A stretch of DNA of 61,669 nucleotides, counting the filler, from Nemertoderma westbladi (taxonomy: Eukaryota; Animalia; Xenacoelomorpha), in NCBI GenBank assembly GCA_032718475.1. It is 4 parts of 4 records of this genome, joined end to end, with 100 filler letters (N's around TTAATTAATTAA, not from the genome) between each part and the next. Parts side by side here need not be neighbours in the genome. Positions count along the whole stretch, not along the records: positions 1 to 24,016 come from JAUCBJ010005350.1; 3 more parts are not named here. One strand, written 5' to 3'. This document shows, piece after piece, positions 1 through 13,900 of this stretch (position 1 is the stretch's first letter; each line of letters begins with the position of its first letter). The notes beneath the pieces are model-generated. The model did not search any database, was not told the DNA's origin, and saw only the letters and a program-made list of their open reading frames with translations. The position numbers and the translations under genes were made by a program.

Positions 1-643
1 TTTTTCGTTATCAAATATATATTTCCTCCACTCAATTTAATTATCACTAAAATATCTTTTCATCAAAAATAAATCTGATACGGCCTGTTGTAATAAAATC
101 CCTTCATTATTAGTGGCACTGTAACATGCCCTTTCCCACATTTTAGCAATAATTTATATTTAATAGATTTTAGTGGTAACTGAATATTTTTTTAGTGATT
201 TCCTGTTAAAATTATAGTGAAAAATTATTATTTTTAGTCAGTTTGTAAGGCGATAATTCAATTGGCTACCATTATCGAATACCATTATTTACATTCGGTA
301 ATAGAGATGAAAATAATGAAGTGGGAACGCTACCGCTTTTTCATCTTGCGAAAGTTTGCGAATGGTAGAATTCTTTAGCGAAACACATTTTTTCAACGGA
401 CGCGGACCGTTCGGCAGCAATCTCACCATTCAAGAATGTGAGCTGACATTTGGAAATTTAAGTCGGATATATGTTTATAAAAACAAGAAGCTTTATGTCG
501 TTACATTTGACAGTTTCTCTGCAACAACACATTTGCAATGAACACAGAATGCTAGAAAAACAAGAGAGAGTATAATGTGGCCGGAGTCGTCAGTAACATA
601 ATAACCATACTGTATGTATGAAGGCCAATATGCAATAAGTAAG

Positions 644-875
644 CGGTCTTACCAACTTAGTCACATCTTCATGTGACTAGAAATTTAAGTTACAGCTAAT
701 ACTAACTTAAGTAAGACTAAATTCTATGAATACGAGTTTAGCAACAACTAGTACTAAATACGTTAGTAATAAGTAGCACCAACTTCTCTGAATACCGAAT
801 TAGTACAAGCACTTACTAACTTGATGTGACTAGGACTAAGTTGCTAGTTAGTTACATTTATGAATACCGCCCCAG
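644..875. mobile_element. Degenerate MITE-like fragment
   Basis: Internal inverted motifs (caacttagtcacatc / gatgtgactaggactaagttg) and a right end ttatgaataccgcccc resembling a MITE terminus; left terminus not clear. Confidence 0.35.
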
Positions 876-1539
876 ATCACCACTAATCCCCAAGTAGCTG
901 GGGTGTCATTACAGGATACTGATGATATCTCTTTTTTTTGTATTTATTTATGTTCCATTAAATTGCGCAATTATTATTATTGTATTATTATTGTATTCTC
1001 AGACCGATAATCTTGCCGTCCCTATTCCAAATTTAGAATGGTGGATCCTATTGTCTATATCTATTCAATAACCATCCATATCCATCGACAACGGTATATG
1101 GTTCTTTCTTTTTTTTACGGTTTTTTATTTTTTTAATAACGAAAATAATCCATTAACATTGTAACTACGTAGCCTAATGCAAGAGTAGTATTCGTCACCA
1201 CCCGTCACCAAGCAACAGTACCGCACTTTGTACAGTTAGGCCTACTGCAGTACTGTTTGGATCAAGCTGCCCACAGTTTACGATTGAACCATATACGAAT
1301 GTATATGGTTCTTTCAGTGTTGTTTATTTTACTACATGTTTATATAATATCGGTTTGACTGATCGGGATCAACAAAACTAAATGAATGATTGATCTGATG
1401 TGTTGTTTCTGCGTAATGTAATTATCGTATTATTTATATGTAGTTTCAATAATTTCGAGACGGGGGGGGGGGGCTGGACGCAAATCCCATCTTAACGAAT
1501 TAATATCCCCCCTCAATGTTAAATTCTCAATTTAGGGAA

Positions 1540-1683
1540 AGGAGCAGGTTACAGTGGCACGTGATTTTAACCAAAACAATAAACTAAACACGATAGACCC
1601 AGGGTACAATTTTATTTTGGAGAGTAACCAGGTGTATTTGCGTCGAATTTCCCCTGGAGAGGGATGAATTTTTATTGCGTCCA
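1540..1683. repeat. Dispersed ~150-bp repeat, one arm of a palindromic MITE (other copies ~21870-22045 and ~60935-61035, in opposite orientation)
   Basis: Shared core ttgcgtcgaatttcccctggagagggatg and aaaacaataaacta; reverse complement seen at ~21890 and ~60940. Confidence 0.7.
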
Positions 1684-1856
1684 TCCCCCCCCCCCCCCCC
1701 CCCCCACCCTCCCTATCTGATACTATAATTTCAGTATCTGCAAAAATCATCGATGATTAATTGCTCTGAGTTTCAAACTGTAAAACTCTTTTAATGTTGC
1801 TGGGGTGTTATGACAGGGGGGGGGGGGCTGATATGTTATTAGTTGCATTTTTCATT

Positions 1857-3108
1857 TGGTGAACAAGCATTCTTTTAGGAAACAGAGTATATGGGTTTAA
1901 TGTGGAAGATCACCCATGGTGGTGAACAGACATTTCTTTAGGAAACAGATTGGAAGGGTTTACTGTGGAAGATCACCCATGGTGGTGAACCAGCATTCCT
2001 TTATGACACAGAGTGGAGGGGTTTACTGTGGAAGATCACCCAGGTGGTGAACAGGCATTTCTTTAGGAAACTGAGTGGAAGGGTTTACTGTGGAAGATCA
2101 CCCAGGTGGTGAACAGACATTTCTTTAGGAAACAGATTGGAAGAGTTTACTGTGGAAGATCACCCATGGTGGTGAACCAGCATTCCTTTATGACACAGAG
2201 TGGAGGGGTTTACTGTGGAAGATCACCCAGGTGGTGAACAGGCATTTCTTTAGGAAACTGAGTGGAAGGGTTTACTGTGGAAGATCACCCAGGTGGTGAA
2301 CAGACATTTCTTTAGGAAACAGATTGGAAGAGTTTACTGTGGAAGATCACCCATGGTGGTGAACCTGCATTCCTTTATGACACAGAGTGGAGGGGTTTAC
2401 AGTGGAAGATCACCCAGGTGGTGAACAGGCATTTCTTTAGGAAACTGAGTGGAAGGGTTTACTATGGAAGATCACCCATGGTGGTGAACAGGCATTCCTT
2501 TAGGAAACAGAATGGAAGGGTTTACTGCGGAAGATCACCCAGGTGGTGAACAGGAATTTCTTTAGGAAACTGAGTGGAATGGTTTACTATGGAAGATCAC
2601 CCAGGTGGTGAACAGGCATTTCTTAAGGAAACTGAGTGGAAGGGTTTACTATGGAAGATCAACCATGGTGGTGAACAAGCATTCCTTAAGGAAACAGAGT
2701 GGAAGGGTTTACTGTGGAAGATCATCCAGGTGGTGAACAGGCATTTCTTTAGGAAACTGAGTGTAAGGGTTTACTATGAAAGATCACCCATGGTGGTGAA
2801 CAGGCATTCCTTTAGGAAACAGAGTGGAAGGGATTTACTGTGGAAGAACACCAATGATGGTGAACAGGCAATCCTTTAGGAAACATAGTGGAAAGGTTTA
2901 CTGTGGAAGATCACCCAGTTGGTGAACAGGCATTCCTATAGGAAACCGAGTGGAAGGGTTTACTATGGAAGATCACCCAGGTGTTGAACAGGCATTTCTT
3001 AAGGAAACTGAGTGGAAGGGTTTACTATGGAAGATCAACCATTGTGGTGAACAAGCATTCCTTTAGGAAACAAAGTGGAATAGTTTACTGTGGAAGATCA
3101 CCGATGGT
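1857..3108. repeat. 62/63-bp tandem satellite, left block (~20 units, local 187-bp trimer)
   Basis: Unit ggtggtgaacaggcatttctttaggaaactgagtggaagggtttactgtggaagatcaccca(t); the variant tttatgacacagag recurs every 187 bp in 1990-2390. Confidence 0.97.
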
Positions 3109-4571
3109 ACTACTACTACTAGGATCGGCATGCTGCATTGCAGCTGCATTTTTAAGAATGCTGTGCCGGCTTGTCAACAAAATTGCACCGCCACAACTCC
3201 CTATCACCCATGACATTTGCTAGATCATCCGCATCTTTAAGGCCAGTGTCCTTTAAGATGCGTCTCAAGAAAGTCATGGGCTGTCCACCATGCTTATTCA
3301 CTCCAGAGTCTGCCAAAGTACAAGATTATGCGCTGGCTGGTCCTCACGGCGAAAGCAATGTCCTGCAAAGCGGAGGCGATTTTGTTCTAGTGTCAAGCTT
3401 GGGGGAACCAATGAGACACCTCCAATGTTATATAGTGTCTGGTTGGAGATGTGTGCATTGTACTTGACACAATGAACCCGGCGTAGCATTCTTGTGAATG
3501 TGCCATCCAGAGATTTGGTGTCCTCTGCAGTTAGAGCCCAGCATGGACTACCGTAGAGGAGTACTGGAACTACTGCTGCTCTAAATAATCGGACCTTAAG
3601 TTTCCGATTAATTCTCGGTGACTTCCAAATCCTGGAAAGCCTATTCAAGGCTGCCCATGCCTTTCCCTTACGTATTCGAAGGTCCTCACCTGACTCCCGG
3701 ATCCATGATCCCAGGTAACAGAAGTCATCCACATGCTCAAGCATACCATCCTTTGAGCTTATGCTCATCCGATCAGAGACTTGCTGAGGACTTTCAAAGT
3801 TAACTGTCAGAATTTTGGTCTTTCTGGAGTTAATAAAAAGACCAACACTAGAAGCAGCATGTTCTAATGAGCTGAGGAGCCGTTGGGCTCCCTCTAATGA
3901 TTCTGAGAGTACTCCTAAGTCATCAGCAAAGTCTAGATCAGTTAGGTACTTGGCAGGATTTCCTCGACTTCTGGAGCCAGTAGGTGGAGTTATCATCACC
4001 CCATCATCATTATGATGATCTAAGGACATGCGTAGAACATAGTCAACCACAATAATGAACAAGAATGGTGCAAGTGTGTCTCCTTGGAGGACGCCCCATA
4101 ACACTTCAAATGGTTCTGTGTCACCGTCAACAGTAGACACAAATGTTGTTGAACCATCGTATACTGATCTGATTGCTGCAATAATTTCATCAGGAATCCC
4201 ATATAATGAAAGTATGCTGAACATACGTGAGCGAGAGACTGAATCAAAGGCCTTGAAGAAGTCAACAAAGATAACAGCCAGATGCCTGTCTTTCTTTTTT
4301 GATAATTCTTCAATTATCCTTCTAAGTGCCAATGGGCTCCATTCTGATTTCCACGGAGCAGTCTCTCAATGGGATCCCTGATGCGATTTAATAGAATCCT
4401 ATTGTATAGCTTTGCAGCAATCGAGATCAATGAGATTCCCCGAAAAGAACCATAGAGTGTTAGGTTGCCCATCTTGGGAACTGGCACCAACTTATTTGTT
4501 TTCATTTCTTGTGGGACTCTTGTTGTACGGTACATGTCTACTATGATGGGATAGATGAGCTTTAAAACAGG
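3109..4571 (-). mobile_element. 5'-truncated RTE-clade non-LTR retrotransposon with frameshifted RT
   Basis: RT motifs FVDFFKAFDSV, GVLQGDTLAPFLF, DLDFADD, FCYLGSWI; (TAG)n 3' tail at 3109-3120; 10-bp TSD caccgatggt at 3099-3108 and 4572-4581. Confidence 0.93.
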
Positions 4572-4978
4572 CACCGATGGTGGTGAGCAGGCATTCCTTT
4601 AGGAAACAGAGTGGAAGGGTTTACTATGGAAGATCACCCAGGTGGTGAACAGGCATTTCTTAAGGAAACTGAGTGGAAGGGTTTACTATGGAAGATCAAC
4701 CATGGTGGTGAACAAGCATTCCTTTAGGAAACAGAGTGGAAGGGTTCACTATGGAAGATAAACCATGGTGGTGAACAGGCATTTCTTTAGGAAACATAGT
4801 GGGAGGGTTTATTATGGAAAATCAACCATGGTGGTGAACAGGCATTCCTTTAGGAAACATAGTGGAAAGGTTTACTGTGGAAGATCACCAAGGTGGGGAA
4901 CAGGCATTCCTTTAGGAAACAGAGTGGAAGGTTTTACTGTGGAAGATCACCCATGGTGGTGAACAGGCATTCCTTTAG
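4572..4978. repeat. 62/63-bp tandem satellite, right block
   Basis: Same unit resumes in register after the LINE TSD. Confidence 0.96.
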
Positions 4979-7900
4979 GTGGACAGAGATGTCGGAGGTA
5001 GGTGGAGTGGGTGGACAGTGGATGTCGGAGGTAGATGGAGTTTATGGACAGGGGATGTCGGAGGTAGATGGAGTGGGTCAACAGGGGATGTCGGAGGTAA
5101 ATGGAGTGGGTGAACAGGGAATGTCGGAGGTAGATGGAGTGGGTGGACAGGGAATGTCGGAGGTAGATGGAGTGGGTGGACAGGGGATGTTGGAGGTAGA
5201 TGGAGTTTATGGACAGGGGATGTCGGAGGTAGATGGAGTGGGTCAACAGGGGATGTCGGAGGTAAATGGAGTGGGCGAACAGGGAATGTCGGAGGTAGAT
5301 GGAGTGGGTGGACAGGGAATGTCGGAGGTAGATGGAGTGGGTGGACAGGGGATGTCAGAGGTAGATGGAATGGGAGGACAGGGGATGTCAGAGGTAGATG
5401 GAGTGGGAGGACAGGGGATGTCAGAAGTAGATGGAATGGGTGGACAGTGGATGTCAGAGGTAGATGGAGTGGGTGGACAGTGGATGTCGGAGGTAGATGG
5501 AGTGGGTGGACAATGGATGATGGAGTTAGATGGAGTGGGTGGACAGGAGATGTCGGAGGTAGATGGAGTTTATGGACAGGGGATGTCGGAGGTAGATGGA
5601 GTGGGTCAACAGGGGATGTCGGAGGTAAATGGAGTGGGTGAACAGGGAATGTCGGAGGTAGATGGAGTGGGTGGACAGGGAATGTCGGAGGTAGATGGAG
5701 TGGGTGGACAGGGGATGTCAAAGGTAGATGGAGTGGGAGGACAGGGGATGTCAGAGGTAGATGGAGTGGGAGGACAGGGGATGTCAGAAGTAGATGGAAT
5801 GGGTGGACAGTGGATGTCAGAGGTAGATGGAGTGGGTGGACAGTGGATGTCGGAGGTAGATTGAGTGGGTGGACAGGGAATGTCTGAGGTAGATGGAGTG
5901 GGTGGACAGGGAATGTCGGAGGTAGATGGAGTGGGTGGACAGGGGATGTCGGAGGTAGATGGAGTGGGTGGACAGGGAATGTCTGAGGTAGATGGAGTGG
6001 GTGGACAGGGAATGTCTGAGGTAGATGGAGTGGGTGGACAGGGAATGTCGGAGGTAGATTGAGTGGGTGGACAGGGAATGTCGGAGGTAGATGGAGTGGG
6101 TGGACAGGGGATGTCGGAGGTAGATGGAGTTTATGGACAGGGGATGTCGGAGGTAGATGGAGTGGGTCAACAGGGGATGTCGGAGGTAAATGGAGTGGGT
6201 GAACAGGGAATGTCGGAGGTAGATGGAGTTTATGGACAGGGGATGTCGGAGGTAGATGGAGTGGGTCAACAGGGGATGTCGGAGGTAAATGGAGTGGGTG
6301 AACAGGGAATGTCGGAGGTAGGTGGAGTGGGTCAACAGGGGATGTCGGAGGTAGGTGGAGTGGGTGGACAGTGGATGTCGGAGGTAGATGGAGTTTATGG
6401 ACAGGGGATGTCGGAGGTAGATGGAGTGGGTCAACAGGGGATGTCGGAGGTAAATGGAGTGGGTGAACAGGGAATGTCGGAGGTAGATGGAGTGGGTGGA
6501 CAGGGAATGTCGGAGGTAGATGGAGTGGGTGGACAGGGGATGTTGGAGGTAGATGGAGTTTATGGACAGGGGATGTCGGAGGTAGATGGAGTGGGTCAAC
6601 AGGGGATGTCGGAGGTAAATGGAGTGGGCGAACAGGGAATGTCGGAGGTAGATGGAGTGGGTGGACAGGGAATGTCGGAGGTAGATGGAGTGGGTGGACA
6701 GGGGATGTCAGAGGTAGATGGAATGGGAGGACAGGGGATGTCAGAGGTAGATGGAGTGGGAGGACAGGGGATGTCAGAAGTAGATGGAATGGGTGGACAG
6801 TGGATGTCAGAGGTAGATGGAGTGGGTGGACAGTGGATGTCGGAGGTAGATGGAGTGGGTGGACAATGGATGATGGAGTTAGATGGAGTGGGTGGACAGG
6901 AGATGTCGGAGGTAGATGGAGTTTATGGACAGGGGATGTCGGAGGTAGATGGAGTGGGTCAACAGGGGATGTCGGAGGTAAATGGAGTGGGTGAACAGGG
7001 AATGTCGGAGGTAGATGGAGTGGGTGGACAGGGAATGTCGGAGGTAGATGGAGTGGGTGGACAGGGGATGTCAAAGGTAGATGGAGTGGGAGGACAGGGG
7101 ATGTCAGAGGTAGATGGAGTGGGAGGACAGGGGATGTCAGAAGTAGATGGAATGGGTGGACAGTGGATGTCAGAGGTAGATGGAGTGGGTGGACAGTGGA
7201 TGTCGGAGGTAGATTGAGTGGGTGGACAGGGAATGTCTGAGGTAGATGGAGTGGGTGGACAGGGAATGTCGGAGGTAGATGGAGTGGGTGGACAGGGGAT
7301 GTCGGAGGTAGATGGAGTGGGTGGACAGGGAATGTCTGAGGTAGATGGAGTGGGTGGACAGGGAATGTCTGAGGTAGATGGAGTGGGTGGACAGGGAATG
7401 TCGGAGGTAGATTGAGTGGGTGGACAGGGAATGTCGGAGGTAGATGGAGTGGGTGGACAGGGGATGTCGGAGGTAGATGGAGTTTATGGACAGGGGATGT
7501 CGGAGGTAGATGGAGTGGGTCAACAGGGGATGTCGGAGGTAAATGGAGTGGGTGAACAGGGAATGTCGGAGGTAGATGGAGTTTATGGACAGGGGATGTC
7601 GGAGGTAGATGGAGTGGGTCAACAGGGGATGTCGGAGGTAAATGGAGTGGGTGAACAGGGAATGTCGGAGGTAGGTGGAGTGGGTCAACAGGGGATGTCG
7701 GAGGTAAATGGAGTGGGTGAACAGGGAATGTCGGAGGTAGATGGAGTGGGTGGACAGGGGATGTCAGAGGTAGGTGGAGTGGGTGGACAGTGGATGTCGG
7801 AGGTAGATGGAGTGGGTGGACAGGGGATGTCGGAGGTAGATGGAGTTTATGGACAGGGGATGTCGGAGGTAGATGGAGTGGGTCAACAGGGGATGTCGGA

Positions 7901-10900
7901 GGTAAATGGAGTGGGTGAACAGGGAATGTCGGAGGTAGATGGAGTTTATGGACAGGGGATGTCGGAGGTAGATGGAGTGGGTCAACAGGGGATGTCGGAG
8001 GTAAATGGAGTGGGTGAACAGGGAATGTCGGAGGTAGATGGAGTTTATGGACAGGGGATGTCGGAGGTAGATGGAGTGGGTCAACAGGGGATGTCGGAGG
8101 TAAATGGAGTGGGTGGACAGGGAATGTCGGAGGTAGATGGAGTTTATGGACAGGGGATGTCGGAGGTAGATGGAGTGGGTCAACAGGAGATGTCGGAGGT
8201 AAATGGAGTGGGTGAACAGGGAATGTCGGAGGTAGATGGAGTGGGTGGACAGGGAATGTCGGAGGTAGGTGGAGTGGGTGGACAGGGAATGTCGGAGGTA
8301 GGTGGAGTGGGTGGACAGGGAATGTCGGAGGTAGATGGAGTGGGTGGACAGGGGATGTCAGAGGTAGATGGAGTGGGAGGACAGGGGATGTCAGAGGTAG
8401 ATGGAGTGGGAGGACAGGGGATGTCAGAGGTAGATGGAGTGGGAGGACAGGGGATGTCAGAAGTAGATGGAATGGGTGGACAGTGGATGTCAGAGGTAGA
8501 TGGAGTGGGTGGACAGTGGATGTCGGAGGTAGATGGACTGGGTGGACAGGGGATGTCGGAGGTAGATGGAGTTTATGGACAGGGGATCTCGGAGGTAGAT
8601 GGAGTGGGTCAACAGGGGATGTCGGAGGTAAATGGAGTGGTTGGACAGGGAATGTCGGAGGTAGATGGAGTTTATGGACAGGGGATGTCGGAGGTAGATG
8701 GAGTTTATGGACAGGGGATGTCGGAGGTAGATGGAGTGGGTCAACAGGGGATGTCGGAGGTAAATGGAGTGGGTGAACAGGGAATGTCGGAGGTAGATGG
8801 AGTTTATGGACAGGGGATGTCGGAGGTAGATGGAGTGGGTCAACAGGGGATGTCGGAGGTAAATGGAGTGGGTGGACAGGGAATGTCGGAGGTAGATGGA
8901 GTGGGTGAACAGGGAATGTCGGAGGTAGATGGAGTGGGTGGACAGGGAATGTCGGAGGTAGATGGAGTGGGTGGACAGGGGATGTTGGAGGTAGATGGAG
9001 TTTATGGACAGGGGATGTCGGAGGTAGATGGAGTGGGTCAACAGGGGATGTCGGAGGTAAATGGAGTGGGCGAACAGGGAATGTCGGAGGTAGATGGAGT
9101 GGGTGGACAGGGAATGTCGGAGGTAGATGGAGTGGGTGGACAGGGGATGTCAGAGGTAGATGGAATGGGAGGACAGGGGATGTCAGAGGTAGATGGAGTG
9201 GGAGGACAGGGGATGTCAGAAGTAGATGGAATGGGTGGACAGTGGATGTCAGAGGTAGATGGAGTGGGTGGACAGTGGATGTCGGAGGTAGATGGAGTGG
9301 GTGGACAGGGGATGTCGGAGGTAGATGGAGTGGGTGGACAGGGGATGTCGGAGATAGATGGAGTTTATGGACAGGGGATGTCGGAGGTAGATGGAGTGGG
9401 TCAACAGGGGATGTCGGAGGTAAATGGAGTGGGTGAACAGGGAATGTCGGAGGTAGATGGAGTGGGTGGACAGGGAATGTCGGAGGTAGATGGAGTGGGT
9501 GGACAGGGGATGTCAAAGGTAGATGTAGTGGGAGGACAGGGGATGTCAGAGGTAGATGGAGTGGGAGGACAGGGGATGTCAGAAGTAGATGGAATGGGTG
9601 GACAGTGGATGTCAGAGGTAGATGGAGTGGGTGGACAGTGGATGTCGGAGGTAGATTGAGTGGGTGGACAGGGAATGTCTGAGGTAGATGGAGTGGGTGG
9701 ACAGGGAATGTCGGAGGTAGATGGAGTGGGTGGACAGGGGATGTCGGAGGTAGATGGAGTGGGTGGACAGGGAATGTCTGAGGTAGATGGAGTGGGTGGA
9801 CAGGGAATGTCTGAGGTAGATGGAGTGGGTGGACAGGGAATGTCGGAGGTAGATTGAGTGGGTGGACAGGGAATGTCGGAGGTAGATGGAGTGGGTGGAC
9901 AGGGGATGTCGGAGGTAGATGGAGTTTATGGACAGGGGATGTCGGAGGTAGATGGAGTGGGTCAACAGGGGATGTCGGAGGTAAATGGAGTGGGTGAACA
10001 GGGAATGTCGGAGGTAGATGGAGTTTATGGACAGGGGATGTCGGAGGTAGATGGAGTGGGTCAACAGGGGATGTCGGAGGTAAATGGAGTGGGTGAACAG
10101 GGAATGTCGGAGGTAGGTGGAGTGGGTCAACAGGGGATGTCGGAGGTAAATGGAGTGGGTGAACAGGGAATGTCGGAGGTAGATGGAGTGGGTGGACAGG
10201 GGATGTCAGAGGTAGGTGGAGTGGGTGGACAGTGGATGTCGGAGGTAGATGGAGTGGGTGGACAGGGGATGTCGGAGGTAGATGGAGTTTATGGACAGGG
10301 GATGTCGGAGGTAGATGGAGTGGGTCAACAGGGGATGTCGGAGGTAAATGGAGTGGGTGAACAGGGAATGTCGGAGGTAGATGGAGTTTATGGACAGGGG
10401 ATGTCGGAGGTAGATGGAGTGGGTCAACAGGGGATGTCGGAGGTAAATGGAGTGGGTGAACAGGGAATGTCGGAGGTAGATGGAGTTTATGGACAGGGGA
10501 TGTCGGAGGTAGATGGAGTGGGTCAACAGGGGATGTCGGAGGTAAATGGAGTGGGTGGACAGGGAATGTCGGAGGTAGATGGAGTTTATGGACAGGGGAT
10601 GTCGGAGGTAGATGGAGTGGGTCAACAGGGGATGTCGGAGGTAAATGGAGTGGGTGAACAGGGAATGTCGGAGGTAGATGGAGTGGGTGGACAGGGAATG
10701 TCGGAGGTAGGTGGAGTGGGTGGACAGGGAATGTCGGAGGTAGGTGGAGTGGGTGGACAGGGAATGTCGGAGGTAGATGGAGTGGGTGAACAGGGAATGT
10801 CGGAGGTAGATGGAGTTTATGGACAGGGGATGTCGGAGGTAGATGGAGTGGGTCAACAGGGGATGTCGGAGGTAAATGGAGTGGGTGGACAGGGAATGTC

Positions 10901-13900
10901 GGAGGTAGATGGAGTTTATGGACAGGGGATGTCGGAGGTAGATGGAGTGGCTCAACAGGGGATGTCGGAGGTAAATGGAGTGGGTGAACAGGGAATGTCG
11001 GAGGTAGATGGAGTGGGTGGACAGGGAATGTCGGAGGTAGGTGGAGTGGGTGGACAGGGAATGTCGGAGGTAGGTGGAGTGGGTGGACAGGGGATGTCGG
11101 AGGTAGATGGAGTGGGTCAACAGGGGATGTCGGAGGTAAATGGAGTGGGTGAACAGGGAATGTCGGAGGTAGATGGAGTGGGTGGACAGGGGATGTCAGA
11201 GGTAGATGGAGTGGGAGGACAGGGGATGTCAGAGGTAGATGGAGTGGGAGGACAGGGGATGTCAGAGGTAGATGGAGTGGGAGGACAGGGGATGTCAGAA
11301 GTAGATGGAATGGGTGGACAGTGGATGTCAGAGGTAGATGGAGTGGGTGGACAGTGGATGTCGGAGGTAGATGGACTGGGTGGACAGGGGATGTCGGAGG
11401 TAGATGGAGTTTATGGACAGGGGATCTCGGAGGTAGATGGAGTGGGTCAACAGGGGATGTCGGAGGTAAATGGAGTGGTTGGACAGGGAATGTCGGAGGT
11501 AGATGGAGTTTATGGACAGGGGATGTCGGAGGTAGATGGAGTTTATGGACAGGGGATGTCGGAGGTAGATGGAGTGGGTCAACAGGGGATGTCGGAGGTA
11601 AATGGAGTGGGTGAACAGGGAATGTCGGAGGTAGATGGAGTTTATAGACAGGGGATGTCGGAGGTAGATGGAGTGGGTCAACAGGGGATGTCGGAGGTAA
11701 ATGGAGTGGGTGGACAGGGAATGTCGGAGGTAGATGGAGTTTATGGACAGGGACAGGGGATGTCGGAGGTAGATGGAGTTTATGGACAGGGGATGTCGGA
11801 GGTAGATGGAGTGGGTCAACAGGGGATGTCGGAGGTAAATGGAGTGGGTGAACAGGGAATGTCGGAGGTAGATGGAGTGGGTGGACAGGGGATGTCAGAG
11901 GTAGGTGGAGTGGGTGGACAGTGGATGTCGGAGGTAGATGGAGTGGGTGGACAGGGGATGTCGGAGGTAGATGGAGTTTATGGACAGGGGATGTCGGAGG
12001 TAGATGGAGTGGGTCAACAGGGGATGTCGGAGGTAAATGGAGTGGGTGAACAGGGAATGTCGGAGGTAGATGGAGTGGGTGGACAGGGAATGTCGGAGGT
12101 AGATGGAGTGGGTGGACAGGGGATGTCAGAGGTAGATGGAGTGGGAGGACAGGGGATGTCAGAGGTAGATGGAGTGGGAGGACAGGGGATGTCAGAAGTA
12201 GATGGAATGGGTGGACAGTGGATGTCAGAGGTAGATGGAATGGGTGGACAGGGGATGTCAGAGGCAGATGAAGTGGGTGGAGAGGGGATATCAGAGGTAG
12301 ATGGAATGGGTGGACAGTGGATGTCAGAGGTATTTGGAGTGTGTGGACAGGGGATGTCAGAGGTAGATGGAGTGTGTGGACATGGGATGTCAGAGGTAGA
12401 TGTAGTGGATGGACAGGGGATGTCGGAGGTAGATGGAGTGGGTCAACAGGGGATGTCGGAGGTAAATGGAGTGGGTGGACAGGGAATGTCTGAGGTAGAT
12501 GGAGTGGGTGGACAGGGAATGTCGGAGGTAGATGGAGTGGATGGACAGTGGATGTCAGAGGTAGATGGAGTGTGTGGACAGGGGATATCAGAGGTAGATG
12601 GAGTGGGTGGACAGGGGATGTCAGAGGTAGATGGAATGGGAGGATAGGGGATGTCAGAGGTAGATGGAGTGGGTGGATAGGGGATGTCAGAAGTAGATTG
12701 AATGGGTGGATAGGGGATGTCAGAGGTAGATGGAGTGGGTGGATAGGGGATGTCAGAGGTAGATGGAGTTGGTGGACATGGTATGTTAGAGGTAGATGGA
12801 GTGGGTGGATAGGGGATGTCAGAAGTAGATTGAATGGGTGGATAGGGGATGTCAGAGGTAGATGGAGTGGGTGGATAGGGGATGTCAGAGGTAGATGGAG
12901 TGGGTGGACAGAGATGTCGGAGGTAGGTGGAGTGGGTGGACAATGGATGTTGGAGTTAGATGGAGTGGGTGGACAGGGGATGTCGGAGGTAGATGGAGTT
13001 TATGGACAGGGGATGTCGGAGGTAGATGGAGTGGGTGGACAGGGGATGTCGGAGGTAGATGGAGTGTGTGGACAGGGGGTGTTGGAGGTAGATGGAGTGG
13101 GTGGACAGGGGATGTCGGAGGTAGATGGAGTGTGTGGAATTGGGATGTGGGAGGTAGATGGAGTGTGTGGAAAGGGGATATCTGAGGCAGATGGGGTGTG
13201 TGGACAGGGGGTGTTGGAGGTAGATGGAGTGGGTGGACAGGGGATGTCGGAGGTAGATGGAGTGTGTGGAAAGGGGATATCTGAGGTAGATGGAGTGGGT
13301 GGGCAGGGGATGTCGGAGGTAGATAAGGAGTGGGTGGACAGGGGATGTCAGAGGTAGATGGAGTGGGTGGATAGGGGATGTCAGAGGTAGATGGAGTGTG
13401 TGGAAAGGGGATATCTGAGGCAGATGGGGTGTGTGGGCAGGGGATGTTGGAGGTAGATGGTGTGGATGGACAGGGGGTGTCGGAGGTAGATGGAGTGGAT
13501 GGACAGAGGATATCGGGGGTAGATATGGAGTGGGTGGACAGGGGATGTTGGAGGTAGATGGTGTGTATGGACAGGGGGTGGGCAGGCGGTGTTGGGGGTA
13601 GATGGAGTGGGTGGACAGGGGATGTCGGAGGTAGATGGAGTGGGTGGGCAGGGGATGTTAGAGGTACTGTAGATGGAGTGTGTGGAATTGGGATGTTGGA
13701 GGTAGATGGAGTGGGTGGATAGGGGATGTCGGAGGTAGATGGAGTGGGTGGACAGGGGATGTCGGAGGTAGATGGAGTGGGTCAACAGGGGATATCGGAG
13801 GAAATGGAGTGGGTGGACAGGGGATGTCAGAGGTAGATGGAGTGTGTGGACAGGGGATGTTGAAGGTAGATGTAGTGGGTGGACTGGGGATGTCGGAGGT

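Noticed and set aside
1857-4978. CRISPR-like array next to a reverse transcriptase
   Set aside because: Units are contiguous with no unique spacers, there are no cas genes, and the RT is a eukaryotic RTE LINE with TSD and tail.
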